Part shown: piece by piece, positions 9,196 to 19,506 of the stretch
Numbering within the stretch: the first letter of the stretch is position 1
How the letters are laid out: each line of letters opens with the position of its first letter
DNA from: Patescibacteria group bacterium
Lineage (GTDB): Bacteria > Patescibacteriota > Microgenomatia > UBA1400 > PJMF01
DNA: 64,000 nt
Reading direction: 5' to 3'
NCBI GenBank assembly: GCA_039934415.1
Contig: JBDTME010000001.1
Span: forward strand, 338,785 to 402,784
The notes under the pieces: generated by a model
Told to the model about the DNA's origin: nothing
What the model saw: the letters and a program-made list of their open reading frames with translations, nothing else
Database searches by the model: none
Translations under genes and position numbers: made by a program

Positions 9196-10290
9196 ATGAA
9201 AAAAAAAGTTTTGATTATATTTGGTGGAAAATCGGGAGAGCATGAAGTATCCAATCGATCAGCAAAATCAATTGAACAATACCTTGATAGAGACAAATTT
9301 GAACCATATGTGTTGGGAATCACTTCAGATGGACGTTGGCATTTTGGATCAAGTGTCGAAAGTATCACTAGTAATTTACAAGTATTACCTCCTTCTGAAC
9401 ATGTTTCGCTGCCGACTGAACCAGGCAACAGAGAGTTGACTGTTCAAACAGAAAAAGGATTAGAACATCTTCAATTTGATGTTATCTTTCCAATTATTCA
9501 CGGAACAAATGGAGAGGACGGGAAGCTACAAGGACTATTGGAAATTTCCAATTTACCATATGTAGGAGCAGGAGTAATTGGATCTGCACTAGCAATGGAT
9601 AAAGTAATCCAGAAACAACTTTGTGATGGGCGAGGATTTCCTCAAACTCAGTATGAATGGTTCTGGAAACATGAATGGGAGAAAAGTGAAGATCACATAA
9701 TTGATAAAATAGAAAAAAAATTTGCATATCCAATATTTGTTAAGCCTGCAAATTCAGGTTCAAGTGTCGGCATTACCAAAGCTCATAATAAACAGGAGTT
9801 TATACACGCTGTCAAACTAGCTTTGGAATACGATTTGAAAATCTTGGTCGAAGAGGCAATTCAAGATATTGCAGAAGTTGAAGTGGGTGTACTCGGAAAC
9901 CATAAACCTAAGGCTTCAGTTTGCGGTAGCATCAAACCTAAAGCCGAGTTTTACGATTACCAAACAAAATATGTTACTGATGATATTATCGCAGAGATAC
10001 CTGCTGAAATACCTGCTGATATTTCTGAAAAAATTCGAGCTACAGCAGTAGAGGTATTTCAACTTCTCAATTGTAAAGGTATGGCTCGAGTTGACTTCTT
10101 TTATCAACCTAAAACTGGTAAATATTTTTTAAATGAAATAAACACTTTACCTGGATTCACTTCGACCAGCATGTACCCTAAATTATGGGAAGCAACTGGT
10201 CTTTCCTATACAGATTTGCTATCAGAGCTTATTGTGCTGGCAATTGAAGATTGGAAAGAAAAGCAGACGGTCAACAATAACTTAGAATAA
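9196..10290 (+). CDS. ddl: D-alanine--D-alanine ligase
   Basis: N-terminal 'KVLIIFGGKSGEHEVS'; ATP-grasp C-terminus 'MARVDFFYQPKTGKYFLNEINTLPGFTSTSMYPKLW'. Confidence 0.9.
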   Translation: MKKKVLIIFGGKSGEHEVSNRSAKSIEQYLDRDKFEPYVLGITSDGRWHFGSSVESITSNLQVLPPSEHVSLPTEPGNRELTVQTEKGLEHLQFDVIFPIIHGTNGEDGKLQGLLEISNLPYVGAGVIGSALAMDKVIQKQLCDGRGFPQTQYEWFWKHEWEKSEDHIIDKIEKKFAYPIFVKPANSGSSVGITKAHNKQEFIHAVKLALEYDLKILVEEAIQDIAEVEVGVLGNHKPKASVCGSIKPKAEFYDYQTKYVTDDIIAEIPAEIPADISEKIRATAVEVFQLLNCKGMARVDFFYQPKTGKYFLNEINTLPGFTSTSMYPKLWEATGLSYTDLLSELIVLAIEDWKEKQTVNNNLE

Positions 10291-10292
10291 CT

Positions 10293-11606
10293 ATGAAATC
10301 TTTTTTCTCTAAACTCATAGTAAACTGGTTACGGTTTACTGCACAACTCCAGTTAATGAAAGTGCAGCCATTAGTTATTGGAGTAACAGGAAGCGCAGGG
10401 AAGACTTCTTGTGTACAAGCAATTGGAGTTGTTCTTTCCCAAAAAACGAAGTTGAAAGTGGGCAGAAAAGGCAATAGTGAAACTGGTATCCCAATGGAAA
10501 TTCTGGGAATAAAAGTTGGAACGTATAGTGGATACGATTGGGTGAATGTTTGTCTGCAAGCACTCTGGCAATTGTGTACAAATTGGGAACGGTACGACAC
10601 ATTGGTATTAGAGATGGGAATTGATAGCGACCAATTACCTAAAAACATGTCCCACCAACTTTCAATCGTACAACCACAGATTGGTGTCTTGCTCTCTATC
10701 AGTGGAGTACACGGTCAAAATTTTTCTGGAAAAGATATTCTACAAAGTATTGCCAACGAAAAAGGAAAATTATTAAAATCACTTGATGCAAGTGGTGTAG
10801 CAATTTACTCACTCGATTATTCACAAATTCTCAAGTTAGTTCCACATATCATTGCCAAAAAACTTACTTTTTCATCAAACAAATCATCTGCTGATTTGCA
10901 ATTAATCAAACATGAATTGAGTCTATCTGGGACCACATTCACTTTTCTTCATGAACAAACTACACATTCGCTTCACTTTTCAAAACAACTCCACTTCAAA
11001 GAGTCTTTTGGCACTTTTGCCAGCGCGATTTTAGTCGGACTCGAATTTGGCATCACAGTTGAGGAATCTTGTCACAAGCTTTCTCAAAATTTCCAACTGC
11101 AACCCGGCAGAATGAGTGTGATTGAAGGTAGAAACAACTCTATTATTATCGACTCATCGTACAACTCTTCTTTAGAACCCACCTCTGCTGCCTTAAGAAT
11201 GCTTGATTTGTTGCCTGGGAGAAAAATAGCAGTTCTTGGCGACATGAGAGAACTTGGTGCCTTGGCTCAACATGATCATCAAGAATTGGCCAAACAAGCA
11301 GCTAAATCCGCTAACATCATTGTTTTGATTGGACCTTTGACTTCTCAATACACTTTGTCTCAATTACAACAACTTAATTTTTCAGATAAAAACCTTATGA
11401 GTTTCGCAAATGCATATCAAGCAATCGATACTTTACAAGAAATGATACGACCAAATGATATTATTTTAGTGAAAGGCTCACAAAACACCATTTTCTTAGA
11501 AATCATCGTCAAGGCACTCATGAAACATCCCGACCAATCCTCAGCACTTCTTTGTCGCCAAACTCCCTTCTGGGAAAGACAAAGACTGCAATTAAAACGA
11601 TCTTGA
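10293..11606 (+). CDS. murF: UDP-N-acetylmuramoyl-tripeptide--D-alanyl-D-alanine ligase (Mur ligase family)
   Basis: Mur-ligase P-loop 'VIGVTGSAGKTS'; 'SYNSS..EPTSAALRML' C-terminal domain. Lies immediately downstream of ddl (classic ddl-murF pair). Confidence 0.7.
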   Translation: MKSFFSKLIVNWLRFTAQLQLMKVQPLVIGVTGSAGKTSCVQAIGVVLSQKTKLKVGRKGNSETGIPMEILGIKVGTYSGYDWVNVCLQALWQLCTNWERYDTLVLEMGIDSDQLPKNMSHQLSIVQPQIGVLLSISGVHGQNFSGKDILQSIANEKGKLLKSLDASGVAIYSLDYSQILKLVPHIIAKKLTFSSNKSSADLQLIKHELSLSGTTFTFLHEQTTHSLHFSKQLHFKESFGTFASAILVGLEFGITVEESCHKLSQNFQLQPGRMSVIEGRNNSIIIDSSYNSSLEPTSAALRMLDLLPGRKIAVLGDMRELGALAQHDHQELAKQAAKSANIIVLIGPLTSQYTLSQLQQLNFSDKNLMSFANAYQAIDTLQEMIRPNDIILVKGSQNTIFLEIIVKALMKHPDQSSALLCRQTPFWERQRLQLKRS

Positions 11607-11619
11607 AATTTAGTAAGTC

Positions 11620-12285
11620 ATGTTATACTTTGGACCTATGCAAAAAAAATATCTTTTTTCTATCGCACTGAGTTCATTGATTTTAGCCGGCTGTTCTTCA
11701 TCAGTTGGGGATACAAGTTCTGATATTTCCTTGTCAGATACGAAGGACACTTCAAAACAAACAAATTCTAAACAATTACAAATACCTACCGAGGCGCCTA
11801 TGAAAAAATTAGCAGACTTTGAAAAAATAGATGCCAAAACAGCAGTTATCTCCACAAACAAAGGAGAGATCGAAGTTGAGTTGTATCCAGATATGGCCCC
11901 AGTTACTGTTGCGAGTTTCTTAAGTCTAATTCAGTCCAAGTTCTATGACGGAGTTATTGTTCACCGTGTTGAACCAGGATTTGTCATCCAGGTTGGTGAT
12001 CCGAAAACCAAAGAAGCCGGTAAAGAAGCTGAATGGGGCACTGGCGGACCAGGCTACACTATCCCAGACGAGTTTTCTTCAGACTACAAGTATGATCAAG
12101 AAGGCATCTTGGCTATGGCTAAAACATCAGCACCTAACAGTGGTGGGAGTCAGTTCTTTATCACTTTAGGTCCTGCAGAATTTTTGAATGGCAGTTACAC
12201 CGTGTTTGGTAAGGTAACCAAAGGTATGGACGTCGTCAAAAACATTGCAGTTGGCGATAAGATCACCACTGTAACCTACAAGTAA
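11620..12285 (+). CDS. ppiB: peptidyl-prolyl cis-trans isomerase, cyclophilin type, lipoprotein
   Basis: Signal peptide plus lipobox 'LILAGCSSS'. Cyclophilin core 'FYDGVIVHRV..GFVIQVGDP', 'GILAMAKTSAPNSGGSQFFITL', 'FGKVTKGMDVV'. True start may be ATG 11638. Confidence 0.85.
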   Translation: MLYFGPMQKKYLFSIALSSLILAGCSSSVGDTSSDISLSDTKDTSKQTNSKQLQIPTEAPMKKLADFEKIDAKTAVISTNKGEIEVELYPDMAPVTVASFLSLIQSKFYDGVIVHRVEPGFVIQVGDPKTKEAGKEAEWGTGGPGYTIPDEFSSDYKYDQEGILAMAKTSAPNSGGSQFFITLGPAEFLNGSYTVFGKVTKGMDVVKNIAVGDKITTVTYK

Positions 12286-12325
12286 TAATTCAGTAAACAC
12301 AATTTTGTACTGATACAATACCCTC

Positions 12326-14071
12326 ATGAAAAAAAAGATGAAGGCAGTTGTCTTTGTTGTTGTGCTCTACTGTCTGACCTGTTTGACAGTTGCAGCATTA
12401 GCTTCACTCATTAGTGTAAGTTCTTTTTTTAGATCCCAGTTTGGGGTCAGTAAAACAAGTTCGATCATCGCGCGCGGTGCATTGCTCCCTTATATTCAGC
12501 TTTCCAAAAAAATAAATGGGTCTTTTTTTCTTGCCTGGGAAAAAGGGTTGCTCATAGTAGAAGAAACGCCCAACTTTATCGCCCAAGCACAAAAGCTGCA
12601 GAAGACATATACAGATCATCTTCCCCTCGACCCTCAACTCATCTTTTCAACTCAGATGGAGTATTCAAAATTACTAAATGATTCGATCATCTTGCAACAA
12701 CTCATTTCGGAATCTAAGTTTGCACAAATTCTGTTGCCACTTACTAGCTACGATATCATTCAAAACCAGCTTGCACAAAATGCTCAACTCTTTCAAGCAA
12801 TTGACACTCTGCTCGACTATATCTCAAATCGCCTTGCAGAGAACAAACCAATTTCGCTACTCTTTTTATTTCAAAATAACATGGAACTACGTCCAACCGG
12901 AGGTTTTCCTGGATCCTACGCTACGTTACGCTTGGCCAAAAACGAACCCATTACATTTGAAGTTCAGGATATTTATGTGCCTGATGGTCAATTAAAAGGT
13001 CACGTTGATCCCCCACTTCCCATTCAAGAAGCGTTTCAACAAGGATTTTGGAAATTGAGAGACGCCAATTGGCATCCTGACTTTCAAGAGTCGGCAACTC
13101 GGATTAATTGGTTTTTTACTGAGGCAGGGCATGCTGACATTGACGGAATAGTGGCAATCAATTTCACAACAATTCAGAAACTTTTGGAAATTACTGGACC
13201 AGTTAAAGTGAGTGACCTCAATACAACCGTTACAACAGAAAATATATACCAAATTTTACAAAGAGCTGATGACAAAGACTTTTTTGCAGGCTCAACCAAA
13301 AAGAGGGATACTCTGTCTGCATTCACAACCCAGCTCATTTTTGAATTACAACACCTCCCGCCAAAAAAATATTTTTCGATTATCAGTCTGCTCACCACTC
13401 AGCTGAAACAAAAAGACATTTTGATTAACATTGATGATCCCGATCTGAGTACACTCATCACACTCAATCACTGGGATGGCAAATTAACACCGGTATCTTG
13501 TACTGATGACGGATGCATTCAAGATTACTTTTCAGTCTTTGAAGCAAATTTAGGGGTAAATAAATCCAATTGCTGCGTCAACAGGAACATCACTTTAGTA
13601 AAAGAACGTGATCAACAAGGTCAACTAACTACGACGTCGACCCTCCAATATCATAACCTTGGACCTGGTACTAAATTTGCTGGAGTGGCAGGTGACTACA
13701 GAGCGTTTATCCGCATTTACTTTCCAGCAAACACTCAACTCTCAACATTGGAAATAAACGATAAAAGTTATGAACAGTTTATTGCTGAAATGAAAACAGC
13801 AAAGTACTTCCATCCGATAACCAGTGATAATTTTTCTTGGGGAGATGTAGCTGGACTAAAAGAGCTAGGTATGTGGATTGAAGTTCCGCAAGAAAAAGAG
13901 CTAACAGTCGTAATTAAAACAACTAACGTGCTGTCGCATACACTACCCTACTCAATCATTATCCAAAAACAATCAGGAAGTTCGGATCAATTTAATCAAT
14001 ATAAAGTAAGTCTAGATGACCACATGCTATTTTCCGGAACTATTGCTACAGATGAACTGTTCCAACAATAA
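12326..14071 (+). CDS. large membrane-anchored extracytoplasmic protein, unknown function
   Basis: 581 aa. N-terminal TM 'VVFVVVLYCLTCLTVAAL'; no recognisable catalytic motif. Upstream of a MacAB-like module. Confidence 0.4.
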   Translation: MKKKMKAVVFVVVLYCLTCLTVAALASLISVSSFFRSQFGVSKTSSIIARGALLPYIQLSKKINGSFFLAWEKGLLIVEETPNFIAQAQKLQKTYTDHLPLDPQLIFSTQMEYSKLLNDSIILQQLISESKFAQILLPLTSYDIIQNQLAQNAQLFQAIDTLLDYISNRLAENKPISLLFLFQNNMELRPTGGFPGSYATLRLAKNEPITFEVQDIYVPDGQLKGHVDPPLPIQEAFQQGFWKLRDANWHPDFQESATRINWFFTEAGHADIDGIVAINFTTIQKLLEITGPVKVSDLNTTVTTENIYQILQRADDKDFFAGSTKKRDTLSAFTTQLIFELQHLPPKKYFSIISLLTTQLKQKDILINIDDPDLSTLITLNHWDGKLTPVSCTDDGCIQDYFSVFEANLGVNKSNCCVNRNITLVKERDQQGQLTTTSTLQYHNLGPGTKFAGVAGDYRAFIRIYFPANTQLSTLEINDKSYEQFIAEMKTAKYFHPITSDNFSWGDVAGLKELGMWIEVPQEKELTVVIKTTNVLSHTLPYSIIIQKQSGSSDQFNQYKVSLDDHMLFSGTIATDELFQQ

Positions 14072-14104
14072 GATCCCCTCATTATTTTTCTTGATTTACG
14101 GCAT

Positions 14105-15199
14105 TTGACCGCTTTATACCCCTTTTTTCTTTTTTCCTGGCGGGCTACTATGGTAGTTCAAAGAGATTATTCTATGAAAATTCGCATCAAAACCAACTTC
14201 AAGAAACGATGGAAGTGGTTACTGTTGCTTCTCATTGTCGCCGCCGGCTTGGGATATTGGGTGTATGGCAGAGCAAATCCGAAAGTAGAACAGCTCGATT
14301 TTGTCAAACCAGAGCGCGGTGAACTCATCAAGACTCTGCAAGCATCTGGTTTCATCAAAGCTAAAAGAAATGCTTCCATTCGGTTTGCAGCAGGTGGTAA
14401 AGTCGTTTATTTAGGAGCAAAGGAAGGTGATTGGGTCAAGAAAGGCAAAACTATTGCGACCATTGACGCCCGTGCTTTGCAAAAAGCGTTGGAAAAGTCA
14501 CTCAATCTATACTCAAAGGAACGCATTGATTGGGATCAAGTCCTGGATAACACCAAAGACCGAGCCCTCCCAGTTACTGAAGATCGCACCAAACAAAAAG
14601 ACCAATTCGATTTAACGAATACTGTTATCGATGTCCAGCTTAATGATATCGCCATCACAAATAACGCACTGGTTGCTCCCTTTGATGGAGTACTTGTATC
14701 AAGCCCAACAACAGTTACTGGCATCAATTTGTCTGCCACAGATGCTTTTGAACTAGTAGATCCCACCAGTCTGTATTTTGAAGCACAGGTCGATGAGTTG
14801 GACGTCTCACAAATCCAAAATGGTCAAGGCGCTTCCATTGAACTTGATGCATACCCTGATGAGCACTTTGATTCTTCAGTGCAATACGTTTCCTATAAAA
14901 GTGCACAAACATCCACGAGTACTGTCTACCTTGTTCAGTTGCCAATGGCTCAACTCAATCTAAACAAGTTTAGACTCGGGATGAATGGAGATGCATTGAT
15001 CACACTACAAACTAAACAAAATGTTTTATCAGTTCCTCTAGATGCTATTACAGTCAAAGATGGCAAAACCTACGTTAGTGTCAAATCAGGTGAAAATCAA
15101 GCTGAAGATAAAGAAATTACAACCGGTTTGGAAACTGATGAGAGAATTGAAGTACTGAGTGGATTAGATGACAACGACGAAATTGTGTTACCAAAATAG
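14105..15199 (+). CDS. efflux transporter periplasmic adaptor subunit (HlyD/MacA family)
   Basis: N-terminal TM, then coiled-coil and beta-barrel segments typical of membrane-fusion proteins. The more plausible start is ATG 14174 (MKIRIKTNF). Confidence 0.65.
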   Translation: MTALYPFFLFSWRATMVVQRDYSMKIRIKTNFKKRWKWLLLLLIVAAGLGYWVYGRANPKVEQLDFVKPERGELIKTLQASGFIKAKRNASIRFAAGGKVVYLGAKEGDWVKKGKTIATIDARALQKALEKSLNLYSKERIDWDQVLDNTKDRALPVTEDRTKQKDQFDLTNTVIDVQLNDIAITNNALVAPFDGVLVSSPTTVTGINLSATDAFELVDPTSLYFEAQVDELDVSQIQNGQGASIELDAYPDEHFDSSVQYVSYKSAQTSTSTVYLVQLPMAQLNLNKFRLGMNGDALITLQTKQNVLSVPLDAITVKDGKTYVSVKSGENQAEDKEITTGLETDERIEVLSGLDDNDEIVLPK

Positions 15200-15294
15200 A
15201 GACTAATTTACAATTTTCGAATGTTCAATTTTCAAACTGTTTGAGTGAGGTTCAGTCAATAGACATTTTGAAATTTTGTAAATTGAAAATTTTT

Positions 15295-16059
15295 ATGCTT
15301 CTGCAACTCAAAAACGTTTCCAAAATATATAAGCTCGGTGAAGTTGAAATTCATGCATTGCGTGAAGTCACAATACAAATCAATGAAGGTGAGTTCGTGG
15401 CTATCATGGGTCCTTCTGGTTCTGGGAAATCTACTTTTTTGCAAGTGGCCAGCATGCTCAGCGCAGTGACGTCCGGGCAAATTTTTTTGAAGGATAAACA
15501 AGTAGAAAGCTATGACGAAGTAGAACAAGCTGGGTTAAGGAATAAGGAGATCGGCTTTGTATTTCAACAGTTCAATTTATTGCCTCGCACCTCATCTCTA
15601 GACAACGTAGAACTGCCTCTGTTATACGCCAAAGTGGAAGCGTCAGAACGACACAGACGCGCTCGCGCCATGCTGGAAAAAGTTGGTCTTGGTGACCGAT
15701 TACAAAACACCCCAGCGCAGTTATCAGGAGGACAACAACAACGCGTAGCAATTGCCAGAGCATTAATTAATAACCCAATCATTATTTTTGCAGATGAACC
15801 AACGGGTAACTTGGATTCAAAAAGTGGCGAAGATATAAAAAATATTTTAAAAGATTTAAACAAAGAAGGAAAAACAATCATCATGGTCACACATGAGGAC
15901 GACGTTGCTATGATCGCCAAACGACTCGTTTTTTTTAGAGATGGCGAGATTTGCTATGACGATAAATTTGGCTGGAATAAAAGGCGTGAACAGAACTTAA
16001 AACCAGAAGATCGCAAAGAAATTGAAAGTAAGCTGAAAATGATGAAAAAGAAAAAATAA
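15295..16059 (+). CDS. ABC transporter ATP-binding protein (MacB/LolD type)
   Basis: Walker A 'GPSGSGKST', Q-loop, signature 'LSGGQQQRVAIARAL', Walker B 'IIFADEPTGNLD', H-loop 'MVTHED'. Start set at ATG 15295 (MLLQLKNVSKIY). Confidence 0.85.
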   Translation: MLLQLKNVSKIYKLGEVEIHALREVTIQINEGEFVAIMGPSGSGKSTFLQVASMLSAVTSGQIFLKDKQVESYDEVEQAGLRNKEIGFVFQQFNLLPRTSSLDNVELPLLYAKVEASERHRRARAMLEKVGLGDRLQNTPAQLSGGQQQRVAIARALINNPIIIFADEPTGNLDSKSGEDIKNILKDLNKEGKTIIMVTHEDDVAMIAKRLVFFRDGEICYDDKFGWNKRREQNLKPEDRKEIESKLKMMKKKK

Positions 16060-16060
16060 T

Positions 16061-17287
16061 ATGACATTTGCAGACACCACAAAAATTGCCATCACTTCCA
16101 TTTTTCGCAACAAAGGGCGAGCACTCTTGACCATGTTAGGCATTATTATTGGCGTAGGCTCAGTCGTTTTGCTCACTTCTATCGGTACAGGTTTACAAAA
16201 ATACATCGAAGAGCAGTTTGCCAGCTTTGGTTCAAATGTCATATATCTTGTTCCTGGAAATCCGTTTGGTGATAGCGGTGGATTTGGTAACCCTGAAGAT
16301 GCAATTATTGAACGCACAAAAAAAACGCTCAAGCTGAGCATGATTCCTCAAATCAAACGACAATTTCGCGAACATATTGCCTCAGCAGCTCCTATGTCTC
16401 TGTTCTCTGGCCAAGTGCAATACAAAATAACTGAAAAGAAAGCGACCTTCATCGGAACTACAGAAGAATTAGAGAAAGTTCTCAACAACAAAGCAGCCAA
16501 AGGCCAATGGTTCACTAAAACTGATGTTGATTCAGAAAAAAGAGTCGTACTGTTGGGAGACACTTTAGCGACAGAACTCTTTGGTGATGTCGATCCCATC
16601 AATAAATCAATCAAAATTAATACGGTTACTTTTCAAGTTATTGGTGTGCTAGAGAAAAAAGGCGGTGGTGGTTTTGGTGGACCTAGTTTCGATAGCTATG
16701 GCTATCTGCCATTCGGTACAGCAACAAAGCTGTTTAATAATGACACTTTAAATGAAATTGCCATTCAAGGTAGAAGCAAAGAAGATGTCGAACCATTGGT
16801 CAGTGATATCAAAGGATTGTTAATAGATAAATATAACCTGACAAAAGAAGATTTTACGGTCTTTGAACAAACTCAGATCTTGAATACTATTAATTCTGTA
16901 CTGAGTGTATTAACACTGGGATTAGGGGGCATCGCTGCGATCTCCTTAGTAGTAGGTGGCATCGGCATCATGAATATCATGTTAGTTACTGTCACTGAAC
17001 GTACACGCGAAATAGGTTTGCGCAAAGCGCTTGGTGCAACTCCCAATCAGATTATGTTACAGTTTTTGATCGAAGCCGCTACCTTATCTGTGTTTGGAGG
17101 AAGTATTGGTGTATTGGTTGCCTTTCTTGGATCACTTGCCATTCAACGCTTCTTTCCAGCAGCTGTTACTCTATCAGCTGTCTTGCTCGCCTTCGGTGTT
17201 TCAGCTGCAGTCGGAATTATTTTCGGAGTAGCACCTGCGCGCAAAGCCAGCAAACTCAGTCCGATTGAAGCCTTACGCTCAGAATAA
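16061..17287 (+). CDS. ABC transporter permease, FtsX/MacB-like (large periplasmic loop, four TM)
   Basis: N-terminal TM, about 220-aa periplasmic domain, C-terminal 3-TM FtsX fold with 'TERTREIGLRKALGA'. Confidence 0.8.
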   Translation: MTFADTTKIAITSIFRNKGRALLTMLGIIIGVGSVVLLTSIGTGLQKYIEEQFASFGSNVIYLVPGNPFGDSGGFGNPEDAIIERTKKTLKLSMIPQIKRQFREHIASAAPMSLFSGQVQYKITEKKATFIGTTEELEKVLNNKAAKGQWFTKTDVDSEKRVVLLGDTLATELFGDVDPINKSIKINTVTFQVIGVLEKKGGGGFGGPSFDSYGYLPFGTATKLFNNDTLNEIAIQGRSKEDVEPLVSDIKGLLIDKYNLTKEDFTVFEQTQILNTINSVLSVLTLGLGGIAAISLVVGGIGIMNIMLVTVTERTREIGLRKALGATPNQIMLQFLIEAATLSVFGGSIGVLVAFLGSLAIQRFFPAAVTLSAVLLAFGVSAAVGIIFGVAPARKASKLSPIEALRSE

Positions 17288-17305
17288 AACTGCTATACTC
17301 ATTTT

Positions 17306-17653
17306 ATGTTCCGTCTCATCATTATCGCGAGCTTGTTAGTCGTTATTGGCGGTGGCACATACATTGCATATACTCGGCCTTCCAGTTTGCCATCTCAGAT
17401 CCAACCATTCGCACCTCAGTTGAAATCTAGTATTGATACTGGTTTGCATGGCATTCAGACCGCAATGGGAAATACTAAAAATGCCGCCCCAGCTGTTCTC
17501 GGGGTAAAAAGTGAAACCTCTCGTATTTTTCAAGAAGATACCAATGGTAAACCTATTCATCAAAAAGCTATGGAATATACGCAGTACCAATATTGCAAGA
17601 TGGTCGTCAAAGGCTATGAAGACGATCTGACACCCACTCCAGAGAAGCAATGA
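17306..17653 (+). CDS. small secreted or membrane-anchored hypothetical protein
   Basis: 115 aa; N-terminal hydrophobic segment '[19 protein letters not shown]'. Follows the exporter genes. Confidence 0.4.
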   Translation: MFRLIIIASLLVVIGGGTYIAYTRPSSLPSQIQPFAPQLKSSIDTGLHGIQTAMGNTKNAAPAVLGVKSETSRIFQEDTNGKPIHQKAMEYTQYQYCKMVVKGYEDDLTPTPEKQ

Positions 17654-17666
17654 TATAATTGGTAAG

Positions 17667-18758
17667 ATGAATCAACAATTACTCACTTCAGTCGAAGAAT
17701 CACTCTCCAAAGGAAAAGAGTTAGTTTCCGGGATCAACATCAGTGAAAAAAACGCAAGTGTAACTGAACTTGAACAACAAACACTTATTCCTGACTTTTG
17801 GCAAAAAGCTGAGGCCAAGTTCATCATGCAGCAACTTGGGCAACTCAAAAATGATATAGATCAGGTCAATACTGTGGCAAGAGATATCGCTGATGTAGAA
17901 GCGGTACTAGAACTTCTCAGAGAAAGTGAAGATGTAAGCTTGGAAGACGACGTGCGCAGTCAAATGAAAAAATTGCAAAAAAGTAGCAAAGGGCTCGAGC
18001 TGCAACAATATTTAAATGGTAAATACGACTCCTACCCTGCACTGCTTTCAATTCATGCTGGTCAAGGTGGTACTGAGGCGATGGATTGGGCAAGCATGGT
18101 TGAGCGCATGTACACACGATTATTTGAGAGAAAAGGATGGAAATTTCAACTCCTTGATGAGTCACGAGGTGAAGAAGCTGGCATTAAATCTGCCAGCTTT
18201 CTTGTTTTAGGCTCATATGCCTATGGATATTTAAAACATGAACAAGGCACCCATCGATTAGTTCGGCTGAGTCCTTTCAACGCTGATAGTTTGCGCCAAA
18301 CTTCGTTTTCTGGCGTTGAAGTGTTGCCGTATATCGAAGAAGACGACACCACCATCGAACTCAAAGACGAAGAAATTGAGTGGAACTTCAGTCGAGCGGG
18401 TGGAGCTGGAGGACAAAACGTGAATAAAGTAAATACAGCTGTCGAGCTCACTCACATTCCTTCTGGAATTCGAGTGGATGTGCGAACAGAACGAACACAA
18501 TTTGCAAATAGGAAAAAAGCAACACAGATCATGAAAGCAAAACTAGCCGAGCTCGAAGATAAAAAACGCAAACAAGAAATTATGAAAGAGAAGGGTCAAC
18601 ACGTCATGGCCAGTTGGGGAAGTCAAATCCGCAATTATGTTCTTCATCCCTATCAGTTGGTTAAAGATACTCGTACCGAAGTAGAAACTTCAGACACTGT
18701 TGGTGTACTCGATGGTGATTTAGATGAATTTATCATGGCGGAAGTAAAGGCTTTGTAA
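17667..18758 (+). CDS. prfB: peptide chain release factor 2
   Basis: 'SPF' tripeptide (RLSPFNADS) and GGQ motif '[17 protein letters not shown]'. Continuous ORF with no +1 frameshift site. Confidence 0.9.
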   Translation: MNQQLLTSVEESLSKGKELVSGINISEKNASVTELEQQTLIPDFWQKAEAKFIMQQLGQLKNDIDQVNTVARDIADVEAVLELLRESEDVSLEDDVRSQMKKLQKSSKGLELQQYLNGKYDSYPALLSIHAGQGGTEAMDWASMVERMYTRLFERKGWKFQLLDESRGEEAGIKSASFLVLGSYAYGYLKHEQGTHRLVRLSPFNADSLRQTSFSGVEVLPYIEEDDTTIELKDEEIEWNFSRAGGAGGQNVNKVNTAVELTHIPSGIRVDVRTERTQFANRKKATQIMKAKLAELEDKKRKQEIMKEKGQHVMASWGSQIRNYVLHPYQLVKDTRTEVETSDTVGVLDGDLDEFIMAEVKAL

Positions 18759-18803
18759 AAATCAGGCACTTCCATTCCCTTTATCATGTTTTATAATTGA
18801 GGG

Positions 18804-19451
18804 ATGATCCAGACTGTCGACATCCATGATACTGAAAATGATACCGTTGAAATGACTTCGTCGAATGTGACTGAATCATCCACAGTTAATATCCAATCAA
18901 AAAGAAATACTGATATGAAGCCAAAAACACCTGTCATCGTTGTTATTTTATTGGTAGCAATTGTTTCAGGGCTTGCCACTGGGACAGGAATTCACGCATT
19001 GAACCAAAAAGGTGGTTCATTGCTTGGTTCAAATGAATCTGGTTCTATTAAAGAACAGACTCCATCAAGCAGTATTAAAGTTGGCGATGTCTACGGTAGT
19101 CCAAAAGAAGACACTTTTAAAGACAGTGCTGAAGGTGTGTTACAAGCTGGTGGGATTGACGGTGAAGGCACACATAAACTTGTTCGCGCCGGTGGAATCT
19201 CCCAAACAGTATATTTAACTTCTGCTGTCACAGATCTTGATAAGTTTATCGGTGCAAAAGTCAAAGTATGGGGTGAAACAAATACTGCTCAGAAAGCAGG
19301 TTGGTTGATGGACGTTGGTCGAATCAAAGTGGAGGAACTTAATGCAGAAATTCCTGAAGAGAGTAAACCCACTAGTACATCAGCACCTAAGCCATCTGCT
19401 ACTCCAAAAAGTTCTTCGAAAAAAGCAGCACCTACTACTGACGGTGAGTAA
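18804..19451 (+). CDS. membrane-anchored hypothetical protein with S/T/P/K-rich C-terminus
   Basis: Single TM 'VIVVILLVAIVSGLATG'; low-complexity tail 'KPTSTSAPKPSATPKSSSKKAAPTT'. Confidence 0.4.
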   Translation: MIQTVDIHDTENDTVEMTSSNVTESSTVNIQSKRNTDMKPKTPVIVVILLVAIVSGLATGTGIHALNQKGGSLLGSNESGSIKEQTPSSSIKVGDVYGSPKEDTFKDSAEGVLQAGGIDGEGTHKLVRAGGISQTVYLTSAVTDLDKFIGAKVKVWGETNTAQKAGWLMDVGRIKVEELNAEIPEESKPTSTSAPKPSATPKSSSKKAAPTTDGE

Positions 19452-19506
19452 TCACTGCACATTTCCTCTTCCCTTAAGTGAGTAATATCCTTTATACTTA
19501 TGTACT

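Noticed and set aside
9129-9428. Minus-strand 99-aa ORF across the ddl start
   Set aside because: Antisense to ddl and to the intergenic region; no features; spurious.
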